Shown here: positions 30,080-39,834 of the stretch, piece by piece | How positions within the stretch are numbered: position 1 is the stretch's first letter | Layout of the letters: every line of letters begins with the position of its first letter | Assembly (NCBI GenBank): GCA_948465545.1 | Contig: CAOJXO010000001.1 | Span: 4,150 to 68,149, forward strand | Direction of reading: 5' to 3' | DNA length: 64,000 nucleotides | From: an uncultured Bacillota bacterium | Lineage (GTDB): Bacteria > Bacillota > Clostridia > Christensenellales > UBA1242 | Translations under genes and position numbers: made by a program | Notes under the pieces: model-generated | Seen by the model: the letters and a program-made list of their open reading frames with translations, nothing else | Told to the model about the DNA's origin: nothing | The model's database searches: none

Positions 30080-30493
30080 TTATAATTTTATTTTTTCAAT
30101 TTTGAAGTCGCAATAATATTCAGCTTCTTGTGCTGTGAATTTTAGCACACAATAATCTGGGTCCGTTACACCTTTCTTATAAAACAACTTGTCGCCAAAC
30201 CTCCAAATTCTATCTTTGGTTGGCTGATCGGTGCAAACCTGCATAGTTCCTTTGATTGTTAAACCTTGATACTTGAATCTGCCACGCTCGTAAAAATAAA
30301 CACAAGCCTTATTGTTCTTTTGGTATTGCTCCACTTTTTTGCTTGAAGTGTTAGTGCTGAAATAAATATCGTTACCATCGATTTCTCTTGGTGAAAGCAT
30401 TGCTCTTGTCACTGGGTAACCTTGTTCGTCAACCGAGGATATAAATGCTGTCTTTTGTTTTGAAATAAATTCAAACAATTTTTCTTTAGTCAT
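30080..30493 (-). CDS. pyridoxamine-5'-phosphate oxidase family (FMN split-barrel) protein
   Basis: SSVDEQGYPVTRAM, YFSTNTSSKK and DPDYCVLKF motifs; AGGAG RBS. Confidence 0.88.
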   Translation of the reverse strand: MTKEKLFEFISKQKTAFISSVDEQGYPVTRAMLSPREIDGNDIYFSTNTSSKKVEQYQKNNKACVYFYERGRFKYQGLTIKGTMQVCTDQPTKDRIWRFGDKLFYKKGVTDPDYCVLKFTAQEAEYYCDFKIEKIKL

Positions 30494-30554
30494 ATAAGTT
30501 ACTCCTTAATTTCATTATACCACAACCATTTTCAATCTATATCAATTTATTGTT

Positions 30555-30674
30555 GTTTTGATTTCTACTTTTTGATTTTGCGACGGCAATTTTTTGATTA
30601 AAAAATCAAAAATAATCAAAATAAAAATCAAACTTTGATTTTGCGACAACTTTTTGATTTTGCGAAAATCAAAA
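30555..30674. repeat. array of TTTTGATTTTGCGA-type motifs, copy 2
   Basis: near-identical direct repeat of 15405-15520. Confidence 0.85.
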
Positions 30675-30677
30675 TTA

Positions 30678-31361
30678 TTATTCTTTTTCTATCTCACTTA
30701 TCGTTGATTGTAACAACACCTTTTGGTCAGGAATAGTTAGTAAAGGAAGATTAGCACTCTGAGAAATTTTTTCAGCCCATTGCTTGTAAAAGTTTTTGAA
30801 TGCTTGTGGTGAGTCCCTGAGCGCCCATTCATTGTCAAAAATCCCTATAACTTTTATTTTATCAGATTTACCTTTCACTACTACATGATTATATGTGTCT
30901 ATGCCATTTAGCAATAAATCCCACGGATCTCCCTTGTCTGTATCAACATAACGCTGAATTTCTTCTTCTGGTGTTATAAAATCAGTGTTCAAATCTTCTT
31001 TCCCACTAATTAAGATGTTTTCAACTGGCACTGATAAGATAAGACCCACAGGATTCCATGTGTTTAATTGCTCAAAAGATTTTTCCTGATACTTTCCTCG
31101 TCCTATTAAACTACAATCAATTATAGTCATTTTTGCAACGTCAAATGGACTTTCCACCAAGTCATAATCTGGTTCGGTAGATTTATGAATATTCTTTAAA
31201 TCACGAAAAATTTTATATCCTATGCCGTATTTACGATCCATCTGCCTACCATTAATTGAAACAGGTGAACCAAGTTGAAGTGCATGAACTAAAAAAATAA
31301 ATTCATTAGAATCAAATTCAAGCGGATTAGAATATTTAAAATCAATCCATCTATTTATCAA
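30678..31361 (-). CDS. hypothetical protein
   Basis: 227 aa, GAGGGGG RBS before TTG. Confidence 0.65.
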   Translation of the reverse strand: MINRWIDFKYSNPLEFDSNEFIFLVHALQLGSPVSINGRQMDRKYGIGYKIFRDLKNIHKSTEPDYDLVESPFDVAKMTIIDCSLIGRGKYQEKSFEQLNTWNPVGLILSVPVENILISGKEDLNTDFITPEEEIQRYVDTDKGDPWDLLLNGIDTYNHVVVKGKSDKIKVIGIFDNEWALRDSPQAFKNFYKQWAEKISQSANLPLLTIPDQKVLLQSTISEIEKE

Positions 31362-31516
31362 ATTAACCCCCTCAAAAAAGCACTGATTTCGCTTTTATTT
31401 CAAAATTTTATCAAATCTTTTCTGTCAATTCTGTATCCAGTGATAAGCCCAATCAATCACCACTGCATACGGTGTGTCAAAACCTTTTCAAAAAAAGACT
31501 TTTTGTATAGTATATT

Positions 31517-31560
31517 TGGTGCTCCCGTCAGGACTCGAACCCGAACAAATGGTTCCGAAG
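31517..31560 (-). repeat. tRNA-Arg(TCG) 3'-half, probable att site
   Basis: minus strand CTTCGGA-ACCAT-TTGT-TCGGG-TTCGAGT-CCTGA-CGGGAGC-ACCA; no D arm or 5' acceptor strand upstream. Confidence 0.85.
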
Positions 31561-31825
31561 TTGTATAAATACAATATCGGGAGTTCGTTTTTCATGCCGT
31601 TTTGCACCATATTTTATCGTATCGTAAAGTGCCTAAATCCCTTTATTTATCGAATGTTTAGCAATTTCACTTTAACAAAAAGTATTATACAACATTTTGC
31701 CAAGAAAACATAGCACAAAACGGCACTTTTGCAAAAATTTTGCATTTTTCTTGCAAAAATTCGTCACAAGTAAGCAATTTTGCTTATTTTTTTATTTTTC
31801 AAATTTTAAATAAGGAAGTATAACA

Positions 31826-33223
31826 ATGAAAAAATTTTGGATAACCTTTGGTGCCATAGCCTTTGCGCTTATTCTTGGCACTGGTATTATTTTATTGTGC
31901 TGCCTACCAAAAGCAGCCCCATATAATGATAAAAACGACCCCGCAATTGAAATTCCGGTGGATCCAGAAACTCCACCAGAAAACCCAGACAATAAAGACA
32001 AAGATAAAGAAGAAGAAAAAGATCCAAACGAACAGCCAGATGATCCTAAGCCAGAGCAACCAGAGGATCCAAAACCAGAACAACCGGAAGATCATAATGA
32101 AGAAGAAATTGTTGGAACTGTTATCCCATTTTCTTTTAATGACGGTGCCATTGTTGGATATAGCGGAAATGACAAAGAAATCACAATCCCAACATCTTAC
32201 TCTTTTGGTGGATATAAGACAGAAGAAACAACCTTTGAAAACATTTGGGATTTTTATGATTGGTATCATAGAAATCAATTTGAATGGAAAGGAAAAGAAA
32301 TAACTATCAAACTTGCGGATGGCGAAGATTATGTTATTTATAACTCATCAAATATCTTGCCAGAACTTGAAAATATTGAGGACGCCTTTCCTATTATATA
32401 TATAGATAAGAAAGAAATCTTTGTTGAAGGCAACGATTTTCAAGTAGATACAATTGGTGCAAGTGCTTTTAGTGGAAAACAATTTTCAAAAGTTGAAATC
32501 CCTTATGGAATTATTAAAATTGAAAACTATGCTTTTTCTGGTTGTTCTTCAATGACTGAACTAAGTTTGCCAAACTCTCTTATAGAAATAGAACAAGCAG
32601 GATTTTATAAATGCACAGCTTTGGAATCTCTCACAATTCCAGACAGCGTGACAACTCTTGGATATTTAGCATTTTCAGAGTGCACAAGTATTACAAGCGT
32701 TGTTCTTCCAAAAAATGCAGTCAATCTTGGAATGTGTATTTTTGAAAATTGTTATGGATTGGTCTATGCAAGAGTTGAAAGTGAAATCACAAGACTTTCA
32801 AATGAAAACTTTGCCCACTGCACAAGTTTGAAAACTGTCGAATTGCCAGACAATCTTGTCGAAATTGGCGGTTGCCAATTCTTTGGCTGCACAAGTTTGG
32901 AATATATCAAAATCCCAGACACAGTAAAAGTTATTGGTGAAAGATCTTTCAACAATTGCACATCACTTGTTGAATTGGATTTGCCAGCAAGCCTGACAGA
33001 ACTTGAAATTTCAAGTGATTACTACAAAATCGGTTTGGTTTACAATTGCCCTGCACTTGAAAGAATTATTATCCGTTCCGAAATTCAAATCGACTTAACG
33101 GAATTAAACAAATCTTATCAATATGGAACAAGATGTGATATTTATATTGCTGATGAACTTTTAACAAGTTATCAACAAACATATCCAAATATGAGATTTT
33201 TCGCTTTAAGCAATCTGATGTAA
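31826..33223 (+). CDS. BspA-like (TpLRR) leucine-rich-repeat surface protein
   Basis: signal anchor, PEQPEDPK repeats, repeated F.xC.SL..l.lPd.v..Ig units. Confidence 0.92.
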   Translation: MKKFWITFGAIAFALILGTGIILLCCLPKAAPYNDKNDPAIEIPVDPETPPENPDNKDKDKEEEKDPNEQPDDPKPEQPEDPKPEQPEDHNEEEIVGTVIPFSFNDGAIVGYSGNDKEITIPTSYSFGGYKTEETTFENIWDFYDWYHRNQFEWKGKEITIKLADGEDYVIYNSSNILPELENIEDAFPIIYIDKKEIFVEGNDFQVDTIGASAFSGKQFSKVEIPYGIIKIENYAFSGCSSMTELSLPNSLIEIEQAGFYKCTALESLTIPDSVTTLGYLAFSECTSITSVVLPKNAVNLGMCIFENCYGLVYARVESEITRLSNENFAHCTSLKTVELPDNLVEIGGCQFFGCTSLEYIKIPDTVKVIGERSFNNCTSLVELDLPASLTELEISSDYYKIGLVYNCPALERIIIRSEIQIDLTELNKSYQYGTRCDIYIADELLTSYQQTYPNMRFFALSNLM

Positions 33224-33228
33224 AAATT

Positions 33229-33256
33229 AGGCACAGAAAATCTGTGCCTTTTTTTA
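33229..33256 (+). terminator. intrinsic terminator
   Basis: AGGCACAGA-aaa-TCTGTGCCT followed by a T run. Confidence 0.8.
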
Positions 33257-33311
33257 TAAAAATCCGACAAAAAACCAACAAAAAACAACAAATATGTGCT
33301 ATAATAGACGC

Positions 33312-36129
33312 GTGGTAAAAGTTGATATAGTAAAAGTAAAAAGTTTGAACAATTTGAAGTTAGAAAATATTGAACACAAATCTAACGAACTTTTTATCAC
33401 TGCAACTCGTAGTCTTGCTTATCAATTAAACAAAGATAAGAAAGAAAATGTTATTGACTATACCCAACTATACAACTTTATAAAATCAAAAGCAAAAGAA
33501 AAGGGTTGCCTTTATGAAAGCGAGATGAGATACATCTTGCACAAAACTATTAAAAGTTTGCCCGATGACGATTTATGTAAACAAGCGTTTTTAAACAGTC
33601 AAAGTCTTTTGTATGATTTATACAACAACCTTTTAATGAACAATATATATGAACAAGTTGATTTATCTCAAATTGAACAAACACAACTTTCATCAAATTA
33701 TAAACTCTTTAAACTCTACAAATCTTATGTGGAAGAATTAAATAAACAAAAGAAGCCAACATTCCAAGAGACTTTCAAATTATGTTTGGAAGAATATTTC
33801 ATGACCTTTGCCAAAGTCTCTTTTGTAGGTTTTACTTTCTTTAATGATATTCAAAATTGCATTTTTGATAACTTGTGGAAATTTTACAACAAAGTAAATA
33901 AATTTATTGTTGATGACGACTTTATTGTCAATGATTTTCTCGTGCCATTCTTAAATAAGAAACACATCTCGTATGATATTAAAGAAATTGACAATAGTAA
34001 GCAAAACAATGATATAAATTTAAAGTTTGAAATGTATAATCCATTTTCGACAAGAGAAATGGAATTTGAGTTTATCATCACAAAGATCGTGCAGGCCTTA
34101 AAACAATATGATAGCAAAGAGAAGATACAAGCTGCTTGCGAAGATTTTGCAATTGTTATCACAAATCAATTTTCAAAACAAACTCAAATCTTCAATGATT
34201 TGTTTAAAAGACATGGAGTATTTATTTCCCCCCGACAATCAAATCTTTTTCTCACAAGACGAATTTTTGCAAAGTAAATACAAGACCTATTTAAGCAAAA
34301 AAGAAAGATTGGCAGAATTTTACACTTTCCCAAGACTTGAAGTCTATGAGCCACCAAAGGCAAAACTATTCAACACAAATATTGGAAGATTTATAAGTGA
34401 GATTTATAAAATCTCTGCAAACGGAATGAAATTAGACAATTTCATCACTCTCTTAAAAATCAATTGGCTTTTCAAAGAAACTGCTATTGATGACATTATA
34501 AGCGAATTCAATGCTGTAAAAGATTTCTTTGAAAACTTGGAAGAATTGGAAGATTGGAAAGCACAAATTGCGAAACTCATTTCTTTAAAGAAGTCTCTTG
34601 TTTTTGACGCGCCAATCCATTTGCACCCATTAAAAGCAATTCGATTGGACTCTCTTGAATTTATACAAAAATATATTTTATTCTTGGATAGCACAATAAG
34701 AAAAATAAGACAAGTCAAAGGAAGTGCTCAAAGACATATCAAAGTGCTTGTTGAACTCCTTAAATCGCAAGTAAACGATATAGATTTAGCAATGCAGCTT
34801 CTAAACTTATTTGCCGAAATCTTACGCAGTAAAGACAATGGCGTTGAGATTGATTTTGATTATTTCGCAAAAAACTTTCAACTTTTAATGAGTGAGTTTC
34901 TTTCTTCACAGAAAGAGGAATCAACCAATATAAGAGTGAACGCAATCAACTTGGAAAGCGTTGGCAAATACAAAACTGTCTTTGTGCCTATGTTTGAAGA
35001 AAACAAATACCCTATGGGCTTTTCTTACTCATTCCCTTACAGCAAAGAAGTTGTTGACATTCTTCAAGACGACAAGCTGATAAAAAACTATAATTTGCCA
35101 TTGAACTTGACAATAGACTATAATTTAAAATTATCAAATTATGTTTTCAATAACTTGTTTAATATCGCACAAGAAAAAGTTATTTTCACGCGCATTGAAA
35201 GTGAACAGGGAAGGCCTTTGGATTGGTCCGTATTTGCCTATGATATTTATGGTAAAATGGACTTGCAAACTTTGAAAGTTGACAATACAAAAGACATCAA
35301 AATATCAAAAGATTTTGGCTTAATCTTCAAAGATTTAAAACTCAAAGATATGAACTTGAACGAAATGTTGGAATATTTTGTTTGCCCAAAAATGTTTAAT
35401 TACATGATCCAATATCCAGACAAAAATAGCTATACAGATAAGTTTTTGTTGAATTTCTATTGTAGAGCACTGATCGTCAATAAGACACTCACAAATCTGG
35501 CGAATGGCACAACCTATACAGAACAAACAATAAAGCCAGCACTTAATGAAAGTTTAAAACAAGCGGCAAAAGAAGTGTTTGAAATTTTGCCTATGTTTGA
35601 CAGCAACAACAGAAATGATATTTTGCTTGCCACAAGAAAACAAGTAAATACTTTTGTTGATGAGAAAATTCTTACAGGAAGATATAAGCCTAAAAATGAT
35701 TTTATATTGACGCTTGGTGATGAGAAAGTCATTGAACATAAAGGAATTAAAGTCAACACCCATAAAACATTGGTTGTCAAAGATATTGCACGCAAGAAAG
35801 ACTATGTTTTTGACATAAGCAAGAATTTGGACTATTTGACATCTTCTTCCGGTGGAAAACAAACAGAGAAAAAGCATTTCGATGAGATAATAACAGAGTT
35901 AGAAATCAATAAAAAATATATTGATCGTGGATATAGCTTGAACTTTTTAGGCTTTAAACTTAATACTCAACTTAATACGCCAAAATTTGAAAATGATGGA
36001 ATTGAAAGAACAAAAAAAGTTATCAATTCTCTTTCTGATATAGAAATTGGAAACAAAGCATTTGTGCAATCTTCCTATTGCTCTTATTGCAAGTTTAAAA
36101 ATATTTGTAAAGGAGGAATGGGCAGATGA
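33312..36129 (+). pseudogene. AddB/RexB-like protein split by a frameshift in a C6 tract
   Basis: ORFs 33294-34277 and 34108-36129 join if C6 at 34228-34233 is C5; C-terminal YFVCP...CSYCKFKNIC four-Cys Fe-S staple; degenerate helicase-like N-part. Confidence 0.7.
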
Positions 36130-38126
36130 ATAATGATGAAATAATAAAGAACTCTCACTACCCCGCTTATGTTGTCGCCAGCGCAGGCACAGGTAAAACA
36201 GAACTTATTGCAAGAAAAGTTGAACATTTACTCATTGAAGAAAATGTTGATATTGACAAAATTGCGTTAATAACCTTTACAAACAAAGCAACAGCAGAAA
36301 CAATTGAAAGAATAAAAGGCAAACTTTATCAAGCATGGCTGAATGGCAATAAGTCTTTGCGTAAACAAATTGATAAAATCAACTTGGCAAAGATTTCTAC
36401 AATCCATGTATTTTGCGACAACATTGTTCGAGAGTTTGCTATGGAAGTTGGACTTTGCCCAAACTATGCAATATCCAATCTTACTTTGGAAAAAGAAAAG
36501 ATTGCAAATGACATCATCAAAGACAACTATGTTGAGAAGATCTTTGAAACTATCCCTATGTATAAAGCCACAAAAATGCTTGTAGAAATCGAAGAAAAGG
36601 CCAGCGACAAAGGAATCGATGTCATCATTGATGATTGCCCTAAAAACACCTTTTGGGACAGTTTGAGAGCATATTTTGGCAAGATTTATCCTATTTATGC
36701 TGAACGACTTGAACAATGCAAGTTGGAACTTGGAAAGATCACTTTGAACGATCTCATTAAATACGCAGTTAAACTTTTGCGAAATAAACAAATTGCACCA
36801 TATATCAAAAACTCTTTGGAATATGTTTTCTTGGACGAAGCACAAGACATAAACTATCTGCAAGCAGAACTTATGAAATTGTTGATTGATTATGGAATAA
36901 AAGTTTTTGTTGTTGGTGACGAAAAACAATCAATTTACGCTTTTCGTGGAAGTGATAAAAAAGCCTTTAATCAACTTATCAACTATATCAATGACAATAG
37001 TGGCACAAAATTTGAATTGACAACAAATTATAGATCGGATAAGTTTATAATTGACAAAGTCAACAACCTATTCTCTCGTCAATTTAGATATAAGTTGCAA
37101 AACCTTAATTTCAACAATCAAGAACTTGTTGCTGCTGACAATGCAACCTACACAGACAAAGCCATTGAAATCAAATTTGCAGGCGAATTGGCAGAAATTG
37201 TGGAAAATGTGGCAGTAAATCTTGAAAGTGGAAAATCGCCATGTTATAATAAAATTGCAATCTTATGTAGGACCAATAGAGAAGTTTTGAGAACTTATCA
37301 AGAACTCTTAAACTATGACATTCCCGCGCAGATTTACATCAGCAAAAGCATTTATCAGTCAAAAGCAATTATTGACTTGTGCAAATTGCTTAATTGTATT
37401 TCTGGTGGGGGCGTTTTAGAAAAAGCTGAACTTTTCTACACAGACCTTTATCTTTCTGCCAATGCAAATGGCATTACAGAAAAACAATTTAATGAGATTG
37501 TTGATAACTCTACAATAACCTTTAAGGAAAATGGAATCATCTCTGCTTTGCATGAAAATTTTGAAAACTGCAATCTGCTTAATTATTATTTAAAAACAGA
37601 CAACAAACAAGCTCTTGCAAACATTCAAAGATTTGTCGAAATATTGAGAGATCTTAGTGACGACAACATGACAGATATGGAAATCATAAATTATCTTAAT
37701 GTTATGATTGCCACAGGCAAAGATGAAAATCAACCACAAGTGGATATTGGGAACGCAGTTATCGTCAGCACAATTCATACTTTCAAAGGGCTTGCAAGTG
37801 ATGTTGTCATCATCAATGAAATTGACAGCAACTTAATTAAAGGACAATATGCTGATTTCTATTATGACACGCAGAATGGATTGTCTTTCAATAAAAACAC
37901 TCTTATCCCCAACTTAAACATAGAAAATGACAGTAAGTTTGAAAGCATGAAAAACAAGATTATAATTGACAATCTTGAAGAAGAACTCAACATTATGTAT
38001 GTGATGATGACACGTGCAAAGAAAAAGTTAATCTTACGATCAAGAAAAGAACTTGACAAAGTGAAATTTCATATTTCACAAACTGAAAACTATGCTTCAT
38101 ATTTACGGTGGATTTACAAGATCTAA
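36126..38126 (+). CDS. UvrD/AddA-like SF1 helicase
   Basis: ASAGTGKT, DEAQD, VGDEKQSIYAFRG, NYRS, ILCRTN, STIHTFKGL, YVMMTRAK; ATGA overlap with the upstream gene. Confidence 0.92.
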   Translation: MNNDEIIKNSHYPAYVVASAGTGKTELIARKVEHLLIEENVDIDKIALITFTNKATAETIERIKGKLYQAWLNGNKSLRKQIDKINLAKISTIHVFCDNIVREFAMEVGLCPNYAISNLTLEKEKIANDIIKDNYVEKIFETIPMYKATKMLVEIEEKASDKGIDVIIDDCPKNTFWDSLRAYFGKIYPIYAERLEQCKLELGKITLNDLIKYAVKLLRNKQIAPYIKNSLEYVFLDEAQDINYLQAELMKLLIDYGIKVFVVGDEKQSIYAFRGSDKKAFNQLINYINDNSGTKFELTTNYRSDKFIIDKVNNLFSRQFRYKLQNLNFNNQELVAADNATYTDKAIEIKFAGELAEIVENVAVNLESGKSPCYNKIAILCRTNREVLRTYQELLNYDIPAQIYISKSIYQSKAIIDLCKLLNCISGGGVLEKAELFYTDLYLSANANGITEKQFNEIVDNSTITFKENGIISALHENFENCNLLNYYLKTDNKQALANIQRFVEILRDLSDDNMTDMEIINYLNVMIATGKDENQPQVDIGNAVIVSTIHTFKGLASDVVIINEIDSNLIKGQYADFYYDTQNGLSFNKNTLIPNLNIENDSKFESMKNKIIIDNLEEELNIMYVMMTRAKKKLILRSRKELDKVKFHISQTENYASYLRWIYKI

Positions 38127-38199
38127 ATTAAGAAGCCAAAAAGCACTTAAACAAAATACTGTTTACGTGCTTTTTTATTCAAACAATTAAGGAGTGTTT

Positions 38200-39834
38200 A
38201 TGTGGATTAAAGAAGAAAATCGAGAAGTTAAAACTGTTGCCTATTGGTGCTCTCATTGTAAAATTCCTGTGATAAGAGAAAAGTCAAAACAAGAGTTTTG
38301 CCCACTCTGCAATCACAAAATGAAATTCTTGTCAAACACTTTAAGACCGGTGTTCCCAGCGGAAGAAAGACTTGTGGAACTTATGACTGGGCTTGACTTA
38401 AAAGACAAAATTGTGTGGAAAGGCAAAAGCACTTACTTTATAAATGGCAAAAGTTTGCGAATAACAAACAAAGAAAAAGTTGACGCTGATGACGCTTTTT
38501 TAAGAAAGAATCTATTAAAAAACACCAAAAACAACGATAAATTTAATAAAAATATAGAACTTTTCATAAAAGCAAACAAAGAACTTTTGGACTATATCAC
38601 ACAAGAAGCTATTGAATTTATACAAGAAGAAAGCACAAAATACGATATTAAAAATACAATGGTTTCTTTTAGTGGTGGTAAAGACAGCACAGTTGTTTCA
38701 GACTTGGTTTGTCGTGCTTTGCCAGATAAAAAGATAATTCATATTTTCAGCGACACAACACTTGAAATCGACAGCACTTATCAATATGTGGAAAGACTTA
38801 AACAAAACAAACAAATCGAAATGCACATAGCACGCAACAATGACAATAACTTTTTTGAAATGGCAAAAAAGATTGGCCCACCTACAATGGCAGGACGCTG
38901 GTGCTGCTATATGTTTAAAACTGGCGCATTAAATCGAAAGATGAATGAAATCTTTGACGGTAGAGTTTTGACATTTTATGGTGTGAGAAGAAGTGAAAGT
39001 GCTACAAGAGCAAACTATAATCGTGTGGAAGAAAAAACGGAATCTGTCAAAATCTCAAATCAAAGAAGCAGCGCCCCTATTCTTTATTGGACCGATCTGG
39101 AAGTTTGGCTTTATATCTTGGCAAATAAAATTGATTTCAACGAAGCCTACACAAAAGGCTATAATCGTGTTGGCTGTTATTGTTGCCCAAATGCGTCCAT
39201 ATCATCTGAACTTATGGAACGAATTTACAATCACAAGAAATATTCTAAATGGACCAAACAATTGGAAGAATTTGGAAAACAATGCAATAAGAGTGATTTA
39301 GATGACTATGTGAAGAATGGGCGTTGGAAAATGAGAAATGGTGGTGTTGGAGTTAAAGCAGCACAAAGTGTTAAATTGAAATCAACAGCTTGCACTGCCG
39401 AAGAACATGGGAAAATTTACGTATTGCAAAAGGATATAAATAAATCGTTTTTCAACTTATTCATACCTTTTGGATTTTTACAAGAAGGTCGCAAAGAAAT
39501 AAACGAAATGCTTGTTTTGCAACCCGCCACCATGATCCCAATAATTTCAATACAACCTTTAAGCGAAAGAAAAGTTAAGATTGTCACAATAAATGCACAA
39601 AATCCACGATCGCTGCACTCTCGTCTTGCTTATCAAATTGTGAAATACAATGCTTGCAATCAATGTTTGAAATGTGAGAGTTTATGTCGATTTGGTGCAA
39701 TAACTTGCAAGCCAGACAGATATGAAATTGACGATAAGAAATGTAAAAGATGTCAGGCTTGTGTAAATCCAAAATATTTGGCTGGTGGCTGTTTGATGTG
39801 CAGATATTTAAGAACAAAGAAGGACGCACGATGA
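38200..39834 (+). CDS. PAPS-reductase family (DndC/SspD/BrxP-like) protein with Fe-S ferredoxin domain
   Basis: SFSGGKDS PP-loop, RWCC..FK, GVRRSES..R, RVGCYCCP, N-terminal CxxC pairs, C-terminal CxxCxxCxxxC clusters. Confidence 0.9.
   Translation: MWIKEENREVKTVAYWCSHCKIPVIREKSKQEFCPLCNHKMKFLSNTLRPVFPAEERLVELMTGLDLKDKIVWKGKSTYFINGKSLRITNKEKVDADDAFLRKNLLKNTKNNDKFNKNIELFIKANKELLDYITQEAIEFIQEESTKYDIKNTMVSFSGGKDSTVVSDLVCRALPDKKIIHIFSDTTLEIDSTYQYVERLKQNKQIEMHIARNNDNNFFEMAKKIGPPTMAGRWCCYMFKTGALNRKMNEIFDGRVLTFYGVRRSESATRANYNRVEEKTESVKISNQRSSAPILYWTDLEVWLYILANKIDFNEAYTKGYNRVGCYCCPNASISSELMERIYNHKKYSKWTKQLEEFGKQCNKSDLDDYVKNGRWKMRNGGVGVKAAQSVKLKSTACTAEEHGKIYVLQKDINKSFFNLFIPFGFLQEGRKEINEMLVLQPATMIPIISIQPLSERKVKIVTINAQNPRSLHSRLAYQIVKYNACNQCLKCESLCRFGAITCKPDRYEIDDKKCKRCQACVNPKYLAGGCLMCRYLRTKKDAR

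Noticed and set aside
31474-31713. 79 aa ORF, or an intact tRNA-Arg
   Set aside because: The ORF is the antisense reading of the tRNA fragment (VLPSGLEP); the tRNA lacks its 5' half
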